Positions 39,059 to 50,275 are shown, counted from the stretch's first letter. The stretch is 64,000 nt of DNA from Vulcanimicrobiota bacterium (GCA_963812135.1 CAWETU010000005.1:256001-320000); one strand, 5' to 3'. The notes: generated from the sequence alone by a model not told the origin. Numbers and translations are program-made.

Positions 39059-40376
39059 CTACTGCGCGCGGTAGTCCCTGCCGATGACGATTTCGATGTC
39101 GCCGCCGGTCACGTCGCCGGTCTCGACATCCGCGTCCTTGACGGGCAGCTGTTTGGCGACTTGGCCCGCGACGTTCTTGTCGGCGCCGGTCACCTTGGTG
39201 CGCGGATTGTTGAAGCTCGTCGCATTGCCGGTCGACACGACGTTGAAGCCGCGCTGGCGTAGATAGTCGGCCATGGCCGATGCCGCGCCGGGCTGTCCGG
39301 ATCCGTTGTGCACCACGACGTGCACCGTGGACGGATCGAATTCATTGCCGAACCCGACGACCATGTACTTCTGCACGACCGGCTTGCCCGTGGCGGCGTC
39401 GTAGAACAGCACCGACTGGCCGTCGGTGAAACCTTCGAGCACGGGCAGTTGGGCGGTATGCACCATCGCGGGCGTCTCATCGCGCAGCGCGAGCGCGAGA
39501 TAGAACAGCTTGTCATACGTCAGATCGGTGCGCACGTTCTCTTGGACGAGGCCGATGAGCGAAGGCAGCTTGCCGACGATCGCCGGATCCTTCATGCGCT
39601 TGACGAGATCGCCGATCACCTGCCGTTGCCGGCGCATGCGACCGAGGTCGCCTTCGGGATCGTGCCGGAAGCGGATGTAGCCGACCGTCTGCTCGCCGTT
39701 GAGATGCTGCATGCCCTTCTTCAGATGGATATGTAGGTGGCCCCAGTTGTCGTCGTAGTCCATGTCCTTCTCGACGTTGACGTCGAGGCCGCCGATCGCG
39801 TTCACCAAATTCTTCGTCGCGTCGATGCGCAATACGACATAGTTGTCGAACGGCGGGAAATTCGAGGTTGTCGACGACGGTCTTCACGCTGCGCAGCGGT
39901 CCGGCGTCAGCGATGGCCTCATTGATCTTCCCGTAGCCGCTCTTCGGGATATGGACCCACAGGTCGCGCGGGATCGAGATGATGCCGACCTGATGCGATG
40001 CGAGATCAATGTCGACGGCGAGCATAGTGTCCGAGCGCGACGCGCTCGTATACATCTCATCTTTGTCGGTCCAGCTCTCGTCGAGGCCGAGGACGAGCAA
40101 ACGCAGCTTCTGCTTGCCGAAGATCTCGGTCAAGTCGGGGCTGGCGAGATTGAGCTCCGCAAGCGCGTTCTGCAAGCCGTGTTTCTTGTGCACGTACATG
40201 CCGAAGGTGACGCCGGCGACGATCGCCACCAGCGCGATGGCGGTCATCAAAAAGACCCTCGCCGGACGCGCTGGCCGAACCGGCCGGGCGGTCTCCACCG
40301 TTGCAGCCGGCGTGGCGTCGACAGTGGGTTGCTCGCGCTGGTCTCCGGGTTGATCCGGCAAGTCTTTCTCCGTCAT
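39059..40376 (-). CDS. LCP (LytR-CpsA-Psr) family protein with LytR_C domain (apparent frameshift near 39856)
   Basis: LVLGLD...RSDTML...ISIPRDLWV...KINEA; GYIRFRHD..GD.GRMRRQ; V.VHNGSG.PGAA. Confidence 0.9.
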
Positions 40377-41774
40377 CCCGCGACCGGGCGCTGCGATGCG
40401 ATCGAAATCGGTGTGGCCGGCGATCGTCGCCGGTACGAACTCTCCGATAGGATGTTCGCCGGACAGGTACACCAAGCCATCTACACCGGGAGCTTCGCGC
40501 TGCGACCTTCCCACATACGCGAGCCGCTGTCCGAGCGCGCGGCCCAGCGGCGACGCGGCCTGCAGCAATCTCTTACCCTCGATCAGCACGTCCAAGCGTT
40601 CGCCATTGCGCGCAGCGTTGACTTCATGGCTGATGTGCCGTTGCGCGTCGCGCGCCGCCGCGAGGCGGCGCTTCTTGACGCGTTCAGGCGTTTGTCCTGG
40701 CGCGTCGAATGCGCGCGTGCCTTCTTCTTTAGAATATGCGAAGAACCCGACGCGGTCCAGACGCGCGCGCTCGAGGAAGGTGAGAAGATAATGAAAATGC
40801 GTTTCCGATTCGCTGGGGAAGCCGATGATGAACGTGCTTCGGATCGTCGCGCCCGGCAACGCGTCGCGCAGGTGCGCGAAGAGCTCGAGATAGCGCTCGG
40901 GTTGCGGCGGGCGGTGCATCGCTTTGAGGATCTCAGGATGCGCGTGCTGCAACGGCATGTCGACGTACGGCACGACCTTCGACGACGCGCGCATGGCTTC
41001 GATGATCGCCGGCGTCACCGATGTCGGATACAGATACAAGATGCGGATCCAGCGCAGCCCGTCGACCGCGTCGAGCGCTTCGATGAGGCGCGCGAGCCCG
41101 TCGCGCAAGCCGATATCGCGGCCGTAGTCGGACGAGTCTTGGGCGACGAGGATAAGCTCTTGCACGCCGCCGTCCGCAAGCGCGCGCGCCTCTTCGACCA
41201 GCGACGCGATGGTGCGGCTCTTCCCCAGGCCGCGTAACGCAGGGATGATGCAGAACGAGCACGTGTGGTTGCATCCTTCGGATATCTTCAGATACGCGGT
41301 GGCGCGCGGCGTGGTGACGACGCGCGGCAAAAAGCCCAACCGCTCGACATACGCGTCGCGATCCTCGAGGTGCAGCGGCCGCTGGCCTGCGTCTGCTTCC
41401 TTTATGATGTCGGGTATCTTGGGGAACGCGCCCGTGCCCACCACGGCGTCGATCTCGGGGATGAGCGCTCGAAGTTCGGCGCCGTAGCGCTGCGCCAAAC
41501 AACCCGCGACGATGAGCCGCTGGCCATCCCGCTTTGACGCCGCATATTCCAAGATGGTATCGGTCGATTCGGCCTTTGCCAAATCGATGAAGGCGCACGT
41601 GTTGACGATGATGGCGTCGGCGTCAGACGCCTGCGCGGTGATCTCCCAGCCGTCGCCGGCGAGGCGGCCGAGCATGACCTCGCTGTCGATCAGGTTCTTC
41701 GCGCAGCCGAGGCTCGCGAGGAACGCGCGCCGAGGTCGGGCGCGACGCCCCGCGACCGTGCTCACGGCGGCCAT
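40373..41774 (-). CDS. rimO: Ribosomal protein S12 methylthiotransferase
   Basis: SLGCAKNLIDSE, VNTCAFI, AYLKISEGCNHTCSFCIIP, YLYP, APGVDG. The stop is inferred at an ATGA overlap if one base near 40387 is an error. Confidence 0.92.
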
Positions 41775-42265
41775 CAGCGATAGTTGACGAACTGGACGGC
41801 GAAATCGAGCGGCATGCCTTTGACCAGATCGATCACCTTCTGCAAGTCGTCCTTCGATTTGCCGGTCACGCGCAGTTGTTCGTCTTGGATGCGCGTCGTC
41901 ACTTTCAATTTCGACTGTTTGATGGCTTCGGCCAGCTTCTTGGCCCGCTCCGTGGCGATGCCTTGCTCTACCGTGATCACCTGGCGGATCGTGCTCTGCG
42001 CGGCCGGCTCGGGTTTGCCGTACGAAAGCGCTTTGAGCGGCACGCCGCGCTTGACGCATTTGCTCTGCAAGATGTCGACGATATTACGCAGTTTGAGATC
42101 GTCGTCAGCGATGATCGTCACCGTCATGTCGCCGAGCTCGATGCTCGACTTCGAGTTGCGGAAATCAAAGCGCGTCGCGATCTCGCGTTGCGCTTGCGCG
42201 ACGGCGTCGGCGAGGTTTTGCTTTTCGACTTTCGAGACGATGTCGAAGGAGAACTCGCTACTCAC
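41774..42265 (-). CDS. yajQ: YajQ family nucleotide-binding protein
   Basis: SFDIVSKV, RFDF, QGI, IQDEQLRVTGKSKDDLQ, QFVNYR. Confidence 0.95.
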   Translation of the reverse strand: MSSEFSFDIVSKVEKQNLADAVAQAQREIATRFDFRNSKSSIELGDMTVTIIADDDLKLRNIVDILQSKCVKRGVPLKALSYGKPEPAAQSTIRQVITVEQGIATERAKKLAEAIKQSKLKVTTRIQDEQLRVTGKSKDDLQKVIDLVKGMPLDFAVQFVNYR

Positions 42266-43095
42266 GCGGTCCGGTCGTCTGCGTGGGATGATTGGCCGCG
42301 AACTTGCGTTCCTCGACCTGACCGTTTTGGCCGAGCGAGCCGAGCGGCTTGCCGTCGATCGTCGCGTTCACGCCGCCGGCGTTGCCGGCGCGCAGCGTGA
42401 TCTCGTGCACCCCATGGAAGTCGCGCACCGTGCCGGCGGGCAACGTCTCATACACGACGCGCTTGCCGTCGACGGTGACCGAGAGCCAACTGTCTTGCGT
42501 GAGCTGCAGCTGCAAGTCGACGCCGTTCTGCTTGGCGCCGTTCGCCGCGCCCGCGCTGCCGCCGCTGAAGAGCGCGTCATCTTGCGGCGCTGGCGAAACG
42601 CCAGCGTCAGGTTGCGTTTGGGCTTGCGCGCTTTGCGCATTCGATTGCGCTTGCTCGCGCGGCGCCGGCGCGAACGTGTAATACAATACGGCAATGACGA
42701 GCACCGCTGCGAGCACGTAGGCACCGCCGAGCAGCCATCCATATGCAGGACGCGACTTGTTCGCCGTGATGCATCCGAAACGTGATCGGCTCGGGCTCGA
42801 TGACCGGCGATACGTCGGGCGCCTGCGTTTGCGTCGCTCGAGCGGCGACATCGGGACCCTGCGCCGGAATCGCTGCGTCGATCTGATCCGCGATCGTGGC
42901 CGGGTCGATGCCGACGAGCTTCGCGTAATTGCGGACAAAACCGCGGGCATAGATAGGGGGCCCGAGGCGCGCCCAATCCTCCGAGTCCATGGCGGTGACG
43001 AACTCCGTACGGATATACAGCTGACGCGCCGCTTGCGCGGCGGTCACCTTGCGCTGTTCGCGCGCTGCACAGAGCTGCTCACCTAAACCGGACAT
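42258..43095 (-). CDS. rodZ: RodZ-like HTH/TM/DUF4115 protein (apparent frameshift near 42780)
   Basis: LGEQL.AARE, YARGFVRNYAKLVGID; TM segment; SWLSVTVDG...GNAGGV...DGK. Confidence 0.85.
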
Positions 43096-43201
43096 TGCAC
43101 CCTGCCGTCCGCGAAGCGCGGACAGAGTCGGAAAAGGACGAAATGGATGGGGACTGCCCCGTTGCAGAGAATTGGAGGAGGTTGCAACCCCTACCTCTGT
43201 G

Positions 43202-44380
43202 ATGCAGATGACGATATCGACGCTTTCGACACCCGATCATGAAACCTTAACCGCCGGCCGCTGGCCGGCGGGGTTTGCGCTTGCAGCCATGAGCGGCGGC
43301 GTCGACAGCGCCGTGGCGACCGCTTTGGCCGTCCGCGGCGGCGTGCGGGCGGTCGGCGTGACGATGCGGCTGTGGAGTCCTGGGGAAGGGGACCTCTCCG
43401 AGCGGGTCCGTCAGTGCTGTGGGCCTACCGCCTATGAGGACGCGCGCCGCGTGGCGGCCCGGGCCGGCATCGCCCACTACGTGGTCAACTTCGAGGCGGC
43501 GTTCGAGGCCGCCGTGGTCGACTATTTCGCGGCCGAATACGTGGCCGGGCGCACGCCAAACCCCTGCGTGGCCTGCAACAACCTCGTGAAGTTCGGCGCG
43601 CTGCTCGATTTCGCCCGCGCGCTCGGCGCGCAGACCATGGTCACCGGCCACTACGTGCAGATCAGTTCGGACGAAGCCGGGCCCCATCTGCGCCGCGCGG
43701 TCGACCGGACGAAGGATCAGTCCTATATGCTGGCCGGCTTGCGCCGGGATCAACTCGCCTCAATCGTCGCGCCGCTGGGCGCATATACAAAGGAAGCAAC
43801 GCGCGCGATGGCGCGCGAGCTCGATCTCGGCGTCGCGGAGAAACCCGACTCGATGGACCTATGTTTCGTCGACAGCGATTACCGCGGTTTCATCCTGCGT
43901 CGCCATCCCGATGCGGCTGCTCCGGGTCCGATCCGCACGCTTGACGGCCGCGAGGTCGGAACGCACGAAGGGTTGATCGCGTACACCGTCGGGCAACGCA
44001 AGGGTATTCCCACGGCGGGTCTCGGCGATGGCCCTTGGTATGTCGTGCGCACCGAGCGCGCCGAGAACGCCGTCGTGATCGGACGGCGCGAAGATCTCGC
44101 GCGCCGCTCCGTGCTGTGCAGCCAGCCGAACGTGATCCAAACCGGCGCCTTCGCATCCGGCGCGGCGACAGGCCTCGCCGTGTGTCGCTATCGCGGCGCG
44201 CCCATCGCAGCGACCGCGCGCTTGCTCAGCGACGAGCGTATGGTGGTGCACTTGGAAGAGCCGGCGAGTATCGTGACGCCCGGCCAGTTGCTCGTCCTCT
44301 ACGACGCGGCCAACTCGGAGGTGCTCGCCTCAGGCATCATCGAGCCGGACGACGCAACCGAACTGGCCGCGGCTTCGTAA
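43202..44380 (+). CDS. mnmA: tRNA 2-thiouridylase
   Basis: AMSGGVDS, GRTPNPCVACN, TGHY, KDQSYML, KPDSMDLCF, YTVGQRKG, TPGQ. Confidence 0.95.
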   Translation: MQMTISTLSTPDHETLTAGRWPAGFALAAMSGGVDSAVATALAVRGGVRAVGVTMRLWSPGEGDLSERVRQCCGPTAYEDARRVAARAGIAHYVVNFEAAFEAAVVDYFAAEYVAGRTPNPCVACNNLVKFGALLDFARALGAQTMVTGHYVQISSDEAGPHLRRAVDRTKDQSYMLAGLRRDQLASIVAPLGAYTKEATRAMARELDLGVAEKPDSMDLCFVDSDYRGFILRRHPDAAAPGPIRTLDGREVGTHEGLIAYTVGQRKGIPTAGLGDGPWYVVRTERAENAVVIGRREDLARRSVLCSQPNVIQTGAFASGAATGLAVCRYRGAPIAATARLLSDERMVVHLEEPASIVTPGQLLVLYDAANSEVLASGIIEPDDATELAAAS

Positions 44381-44390
44381 CATCTACGTC

Positions 44391-45467
44391 ATGAATCTGG
44401 TTCGAGCTGCCGTCTTGGCGGCGGTGGCGGTCTGCGCGTTGGCGGGCGCCGCGCCGTCGACGGCCGGTCTGCGATCGTTCGACGGCGGCACCGGCTGGCT
44501 CAACTCGCCGCCGCTTACGCCTGGCGCGCTCGCGGGCAAAGTCGTGCTCGTCGATTTCTGGGAATACACGTGCATCAATTGCTTGAAGACGCTGCCCTAC
44601 GAACGCGCGTGGTATGAGCGCTATGCGAAATACGGATTCACGATCGTCGGCGTGCACACGCCGGAGTTCGCATTCTCCGGCGAGCCGGCGAACGTCGCGG
44701 CGGCGGTGAAACGCCTCGGAATCGCGTGGCCGGTCGTCATCGACTCGCACCACGCGATCTGGGATCGGTACGGCAATGACGCGTGGCCCCACGAGTTGCT
44801 CTTCGACCAGCACGGCAAGCTGATCGCCGATCACGAGGGCGAGGGCGATTATCCCGCGATGGAGCAGCGCATCCAACAAGCGCTGCACGCCACCAATCCT
44901 GACGCGCGCTTTCCGCAACCGATGGATTATCTGCCGCAAGACCGCTACAGCAAACCCGGCGCGGTCTGCTACCGGCACACACCTGAGATGTACGTCTCGA
45001 ACTGGCGCGGCGACGGCGTGCTCGGCAACGAGCAAGGCTACGCGGTCGGACATGCGGTCGACTATGTCGATCCGGGCGGGCATCAAGAAGGGCGAGCGTA
45101 TCTGCAAGGACCGTGGCTGCAGACCGGCGAGGCAATGGTAGGCGCGTCGGGTAGCGCGTCCGCACAGCACGTCGCGTTGCTCTATCGGGCGATCGAAGTG
45201 GTCGCCGTGCTCGCGCCCGCAGCTCATGCGCCGGTGCCCACGTTTGTGACGCAGGACGGCGCGCCGCTGGCGCGGACGGACGCCGGACGCGACGTCCGTT
45301 TCGACGCGCAGGGCCGGTCGTTCGTCGTCGTCGATGCGCCGAGGGAATATGAGCTGGTGATGAACAAGCACTTCGGCCAGCATGACCTGGAACTGCTTCC
45401 CGAGCATCCGGGGCTCGGCGTCTACACGTTCGATTTCGAGGCGTGTGAGGTGGGCGCAGACCGCTAG
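44391..45467 (+). CDS. Secreted thioredoxin-like (DipZ-type) redoxin with C-terminal beta domain
   Basis: WLNSPPL...GKVVLVDFWEYTCINC...GVHTPEF...N.AWP...GEG.Y; ends YTFDF. Confidence 0.88.
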   Translation: MNLVRAAVLAAVAVCALAGAAPSTAGLRSFDGGTGWLNSPPLTPGALAGKVVLVDFWEYTCINCLKTLPYERAWYERYAKYGFTIVGVHTPEFAFSGEPANVAAAVKRLGIAWPVVIDSHHAIWDRYGNDAWPHELLFDQHGKLIADHEGEGDYPAMEQRIQQALHATNPDARFPQPMDYLPQDRYSKPGAVCYRHTPEMYVSNWRGDGVLGNEQGYAVGHAVDYVDPGGHQEGRAYLQGPWLQTGEAMVGASGSASAQHVALLYRAIEVVAVLAPAAHAPVPTFVTQDGAPLARTDAGRDVRFDAQGRSFVVVDAPREYELVMNKHFGQHDLELLPEHPGLGVYTFDFEACEVGADR

Positions 45468-46056
45468 CGCTGCGCTGCTGGTGCTGTGCGCCTCGGCTGC
45501 AGGTTGCAGCTCGAAACCCCCGCCGACGACGTACAAGCCCGGTGTCGTGCCGGGGATCAGCGTCAGCCGGCTCGAGGAGCTGGTCGGGAAACCGGATAGC
45601 ACTCTCCCCTTCTCCCTGCCCGACGGCGTGTCGGCGCAGATCCTCGCGTATCCGTTCGGCCAAGTCGCTGTCCGCGGCGGACAGGTCAGGACCGTCACAG
45701 TCGCCGGCGACCAGTCATATGTCGGTCCGCACGGCGTGCGTCTCAACATGCCCGAGGATCAAGTGCTCAAAGCGCTGCGCGGCACACGCGCGAGCGGTCA
45801 TACCGACTCGTACGATGTGATCGTCGGCGACACCGTGACGCGCACCAAGGACTATTACGACGAGCACGGGCATGTGATGTACGAGTTCGCCGCGGCGAAC
45901 GCCAACGATCCGGAGGCGCCCTACAATCTCGTGAGCATCAACCTCGCCGACGCGGACGGTTTCAACTTCCTCGAAGACGTGGCCAAAGCCAAACAATCTG
46001 GCCTATACACCGGTCAGCACATCGACAACTACGTCTCGGAGCCATGGACGGTATGA
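45445..46056 (+). CDS. Hypothetical lipoprotein
   Basis: Lipobox AAGC; overlaps both neighbours in the operon. Confidence 0.7.
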   Translation: MRWAQTASAALLVLCASAAGCSSKPPPTTYKPGVVPGISVSRLEELVGKPDSTLPFSLPDGVSAQILAYPFGQVAVRGGQVRTVTVAGDQSYVGPHGVRLNMPEDQVLKALRGTRASGHTDSYDVIVGDTVTRTKDYYDEHGHVMYEFAAANANDPEAPYNLVSINLADADGFNFLEDVAKAKQSGLYTGQHIDNYVSEPWTV

Positions 46057-46634
46057 CGGACGAACCTGCCAAGACCCCGCCATCGGATGAGTTCGGCATC
46101 AAGCTGCCGCCCAACGCGCGGGTGGCCGGTTTGCAATTCGACGATGGCGCCAACATCATGCGCGTTTCGTTCTCGGACGGCGGCGAGCATCAGGTCAAGC
46201 CGGAAGATCTGATCGCGTTGCACGGCGGGCGCATCCGCCACGAACAAGTCGTCTCGAGTCCAGGCAAGATCAGCGGCGCGCAAGTATTTGTCGCGGAGAC
46301 GGTCGCCGGCAGCACCGGCGCTGCACGGCTCTCGGCGGGAGAAATCGTCGCGACGAAAGAGGATCTGCATTTCGCGCTCGCGATGCGCGCCGCCGGCGTC
46401 GGCGAGTTGTGGTATCTGCTGGCGGACTCGTTCAACTTCCGCAAGGCGCTCGGGCCGGACGCGGGCTACTCGACCGAGATCAATCTGCGCGCGCTCGTGC
46501 GGCGTCTGGCGGCTTTCGCGCCGCGCGCCACACAGGACGGCTTCTTTGCAGCGGTGCTCGGCGGTTCGCCGCTGCCGCCGCCGGTGGATTCGCTGCTCGA
46601 GTTCATGAAGACCGTCGGCAAGGATCTGACGTGA
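46053..46634 (+). CDS. Hypothetical protein, tandem paralogue 1
   Basis: ATGA coupling; shares YL.ADSFNFRKALG.DAGYSTE.NLR.LVRRLAA.AP and LPPP..SL.EF.K with the next gene. Confidence 0.8.
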   Translation: MTDEPAKTPPSDEFGIKLPPNARVAGLQFDDGANIMRVSFSDGGEHQVKPEDLIALHGGRIRHEQVVSSPGKISGAQVFVAETVAGSTGAARLSAGEIVATKEDLHFALAMRAAGVGELWYLLADSFNFRKALGPDAGYSTEINLRALVRRLAAFAPRATQDGFFAAVLGGSPLPPPVDSLLEFMKTVGKDLT

Positions 46635-47185
46635 ACGACACGAGCGAGCCGCGCGAAGGGCTCAGCGTCGAGATGCCGCCGCATGCGCGGCTGGCAGGTT
46701 TGGAATTCCAAGAGAGCGCGGGTGCACTGCGCGTCGCCTTCACCGATGGCGGCGAGCGCACGATCGCGGCGGATCAGATCATCGCGTTGTGCGGAGCGAG
46801 CATCCGGACCGAGATGACGTCGCTGGCGGTCGAACAGAACACCTTCACCAGCGCGGTCGTCTTCCCGTTGGGCTCGGCGCGCGTCCGGCTTCATCCCGCG
46901 CCGCAGCTCTCGTCCGAGGGAGCGATGCTTATTCTGGCGCTGCGCACGGCGCCGCCGAGCGACCTGCTGTATCTCGTGGCAGACTCGTTCAACTTCCGCA
47001 AAGCGCTCGGCGGGGACGCAGGCTACTCGACGGAGATGAATCTGCGGACCCTGGTGCGCCGCTTGGCGGCGCTCGCGCCCGGCGCATCGTGCGACGATTT
47101 CGTCATGGCGATCATCCACCGCGTGCCGCTGCCGCCGCCGCTGGCTTCGCTTATGGAGTTCTTCAAAGCGAACGCCGCCGTCTAG
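46631..47185 (+). CDS. Hypothetical protein, tandem paralogue 2
   Basis: GTGA coupling; full-length similarity to 46053..46634. Confidence 0.8.
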   Translation: MNDTSEPREGLSVEMPPHARLAGLEFQESAGALRVAFTDGGERTIAADQIIALCGASIRTEMTSLAVEQNTFTSAVVFPLGSARVRLHPAPQLSSEGAMLILALRTAPPSDLLYLVADSFNFRKALGGDAGYSTEMNLRTLVRRLAALAPGASCDDFVMAIIHRVPLPPPLASLMEFFKANAAV

Positions 47186-48264
47186 GCGGTCGCCAGCGCG
47201 TACTCTCGCTTGTTGAAATACGTGTCGCGCACGACCGGCGTGTAGCCGATTTGGCGGATGGCGCGCTCCAGCTCCGCGCGGTTCGCGGTATTGGTGCTGC
47301 CCGCAAGCGTAACGACCTTTTCTTCCAAGATCGTGCCGCCCATGTCGTCGCAGCCGAACATCAAGCCGAGTTGCCCGAGCTTGAGTCCTGGAGTCAGCCA
47401 TGATGATTGCAGATGCGGCACGTTGTCCAGATACAGCCGGCTGATGGCCAGCACGCGCAAGTACTCGAGTCCGGTCGCCTCTTTGCCCTTGAGCGGCGTT
47501 TTGAACGGCACGTAGTACCACGGGATGAACGCGGTGAAACCGTTCGTCTCGTCCTGCAGCCGCCGGATGACGTCCAGATGCATGATGCGCTCGGCATCCG
47601 TCTCGACCGACCCGAACATCATCGTCGCGGTGGTCGGCATCCCCAGGCGCTGCGCGATCCGCATCACTTCGATCCACCGATCGTCATCGATCTTGCGCGC
47701 GGAGATGCGTTTGCGCACGCGGTCAACGAGAATCTCAGCGCCGGCGCCCGGCAGCGACTTCAGGCCGGCTTCGCGCAGGGTCACCAAGACCGCCTCGATC
47801 GACATGCCCTCTTGCTTGGCGATGCCACAGATCTCGCTGGTCGACAGCGAGTGGATGTCAACCCCCGGGAAGCGCTGGCCGACCGCCTGGAACAGATCCG
47901 TGTAGTAGCTGATGGGAAGGTCGGGGTTGACGCCGCCTTGGATCATGATCTGGGTCGCGCCCTGATCGGCGGCATAGCGGACGCGCTCGAGCACCTGCTC
48001 GTGCGTCATGGTGTAGCCTTCGGCGTGGCCTTCGGGGCGGAAGAACGCGCAGAACGTGCAGTGCACGTTGCAGATGTTCGTATAGTTGATGGTCGTGTCG
48101 ATCACGTACGACACTTCGTCGCCCGGGTACAGCCGGCTACGGCGCTCGTGCGCTGCCGCGCCGAGATCGTGCAACGGCGCGTCGCGGTACAGCGCGATGC
48201 CCTCATCGAGCGTCAGGCGCCCGCCATTGGCGGCCCGTTCGAGCAATGCTGCGGTGTTAGACAT
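47182..48264 (-). CDS. mqnC: Cyclic dehypoxanthine futalosine synthase (radical SAM)
   Basis: INYTNICNVHCTFCAF, SLPGAGAEIL, TATMMFG, HLQSSW, GCDDMGG; next to mqnA. Confidence 0.88.
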   Translation of the reverse strand: MSNTAALLERAANGGRLTLDEGIALYRDAPLHDLGAAAHERRSRLYPGDEVSYVIDTTINYTNICNVHCTFCAFFRPEGHAEGYTMTHEQVLERVRYAADQGATQIMIQGGVNPDLPISYYTDLFQAVGQRFPGVDIHSLSTSEICGIAKQEGMSIEAVLVTLREAGLKSLPGAGAEILVDRVRKRISARKIDDDRWIEVMRIAQRLGMPTTATMMFGSVETDAERIMHLDVIRRLQDETNGFTAFIPWYYVPFKTPLKGKEATGLEYLRVLAISRLYLDNVPHLQSSWLTPGLKLGQLGLMFGCDDMGGTILEEKVVTLAGSTNTANRAELERAIRQIGYTPVVRDTYFNKREYALATA

Positions 48265-49132
48265 CGTAGACGAACTCCGTCGTCTCCCAGGTCTCCGGGA
48301 TTCGGAGCGCGGGGTCGAGGACGCCGCAGGCTTGCGCCAGGGCGCAGAACTTGCCGAAGCCAAGCTGGGCGCGCTCGTCGTACGAGTAGTTGAGCGCCTC
48401 GTAGTACGCTTCGTAGAATCCAGGCGGCCTTGGGCGCTGAGTTTGCGCGAGCCGGATGACGTCAGCCTTGTGCCGGCGCCCGTATGTCAGCGAAGCCAGC
48501 AAGGCGCGTTGTATTTTGCCGCTGCCGGCATCCGCGCCGGCCTGCATCTCTCGCTCCATCGTATCTTTACGCATCGCCCAAACGGCGTAGACCATGTCGG
48601 CTCCGGTGAAGCCGTGCCACAGCTCGCCGATATCGTGAGCGTGTTCCGGATGGGCAAGCGCGGCGTCGATCGCCGCGTCGCCGATGAGCACGCACGGCGT
48701 GCCGGTGCGTCGAAACTCCGCGAGCGGGTCGGCGCTTGGTTCGAAAGCCGGAGTGAACCCGTAGCCGGTGCGGCAGATGACGTCGAACAGCGCTCGTCCC
48801 GTCGCCGAATCGGTGGTCACCGCGATGGGCGCGCCGGCAAGCTCTCGCGGATGCGTGCGGCTGATGCACTGGATGCTCTTGGCTTCGCGCCGCGAGCCGA
48901 TGCACACGCCGCTCAACTTGACCAGCTCGTCGACGTGCTGCGCGTAGAAGAACGATGACACAGGACTGATGTCCAGCTCGCCCGCGAGCAGCGCGCGGTT
49001 CAGCGCGCTCGGGACGTCGGCGTGCAGCGTGCCCGGGAATTCCAGCGCACCGAGATCGAACGCGGCGTAGACCGGCAAATCGTTGGTGTAGCTGATGCGC
49101 CCGCAGCGCGGGAGCCGTGCCGTCGCGTCCAC
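48257..49132 (-). CDS. mqnA: Chorismate dehydratase
   Basis: GRISYTNDLP, PSALN..LL.GELDISPVSS, SATGRAL, LIGDAA, DIGELW..FTG..MVYAVW. Confidence 0.9.
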   Translation of the reverse strand: MDATARLPRCGRISYTNDLPVYAAFDLGALEFPGTLHADVPSALNRALLAGELDISPVSSFFYAQHVDELVKLSGVCIGSRREAKSIQCISRTHPRELAGAPIAVTTDSATGRALFDVICRTGYGFTPAFEPSADPLAEFRRTGTPCVLIGDAAIDAALAHPEHAHDIGELWHGFTGADMVYAVWAMRKDTMEREMQAGADAGSGKIQRALLASLTYGRRHKADVIRLAQTQRPRPPGFYEAYYEALNYSYDERAQLGFGKFCALAQACGVLDPALRIPETWETTEFVYDV

Positions 49133-49136
49133 GGTT

Positions 49137-50222
49137 CTAGACCGGTTCCAGGACGCGATACAGCAGGTTGCGCCGCGTCGGTTCGAAGCCTGCTTCCTCG
49201 ATGGCGCGCTTGAGATCGGAAAGCGGCGTCCCTTGATCGGTCTTGCTGCCGGCGTCGCGATAGATGCGCTGCTCGTTGTTGACGGGGCCGTCGATGTCGT
49301 CGGCGCCGAAGTTCAGTCCGAGCTGCGCCATCTTGATGCCATACGAGATCCAGTACGCCTTCACGTGATCGATGTTGTCGAGCATGAGGCGTGAGACCGC
49401 GATCGTGCGCAGGTCGTCGACGCCGCCCGTCCAGCCGTATTCATGCAGCTCGTTTTCTTCCGGATGGAACGCCAGCGGCACGAAACACTTGAAGCCGCCC
49501 GTCTCGGCCTGCAATTCTCGCAGTAAGGCTAGGTGCTCCACGCGCTCTTCGAGCGTCTCGACGTGCCCGTAGAGCATGGTGCAATTCGTCTTCATGCCAA
49601 GCCGATGCGCGACGCGGTGCACTTCGAGCCATTCTTCGGCCGTCGCCTTGCGCGGGCACACGAGGTCGCGCACGCGCTTCACGAGGATCTCGGCGCCGCC
49701 ACCGTTGAGCGAGGTGACGCCGGCATCGCGCAGCTGGGTCAGACCCTCTTCATACGAGCAACGCGCGCGCTTGCACATGTAGTCGATCTCGGCGGCGGTG
49801 AACAGCGCGAGTTGCACGTGCGGGATGCGTTCGTGCATCGTCGCGATCACCGGCAGCCAGAACTCGAGGCTCGTCTGCTTTGGATCGTGGCCGCCGACGA
49901 TGTGCAGCTCGTCGTAATCGGCCGGCTCGGCGCACGCCTTCTCGAGGATCTGCTCGGCCGTCCAGCGATACGCGCGCGGATCTTTCTCCCACGCCGCGAA
50001 CGAGCAAAACTTGCAATCCGCGTAGCAGACGTTGGTGGTGTTCAGGTAACGCTTGAAGACGTAGTACGCTCGCCGGCCGTTTTTCTCGGTGCGCACTTCA
50101 TGCGCGAGTTTGCCGACTTGGTGAAACGGCGCATCGGTGAACAGATACAGCCCCTCGGCGCGGTCGAGCGGCTCGTGGGCGCGCACCTTCTCGGCGATCG
50201 ACTGGAAGCGCGTGTCGGGCAT
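49137..50222 (-). CDS. mqnE: Aminodeoxyfutalosine synthase (radical SAM)
   Basis: LNTTNVCYADCKFCSF, ELHIVGG, GGGAEI, TMLYGHVE, DHVKAYW, GADDIDG. Confidence 0.88.
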   Translation of the reverse strand: MPDTRFQSIAEKVRAHEPLDRAEGLYLFTDAPFHQVGKLAHEVRTEKNGRRAYYVFKRYLNTTNVCYADCKFCSFAAWEKDPRAYRWTAEQILEKACAEPADYDELHIVGGHDPKQTSLEFWLPVIATMHERIPHVQLALFTAAEIDYMCKRARCSYEEGLTQLRDAGVTSLNGGGAEILVKRVRDLVCPRKATAEEWLEVHRVAHRLGMKTNCTMLYGHVETLEERVEHLALLRELQAETGGFKCFVPLAFHPEENELHEYGWTGGVDDLRTIAVSRLMLDNIDHVKAYWISYGIKMAQLGLNFGADDIDGPVNNEQRIYRDAGSKTDQGTPLSDLKRAIEEAGFEPTRRNLLYRVLEPV

Positions 50223-50275
50223 CGTTCGAGGCGGTTCGGCGCGCCGCGAAGCGCTGCCTGTGCGGTGCGGCTGTG

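Noticed and set aside
39513..42059. Apparent RimO-LCP fusion (848-aa ORF)
   Set aside because: Removing one base in a short homopolymer near 40387 gives a RimO stop in a standard ATGA overlap with the LCP start; similar indels are common in this window.
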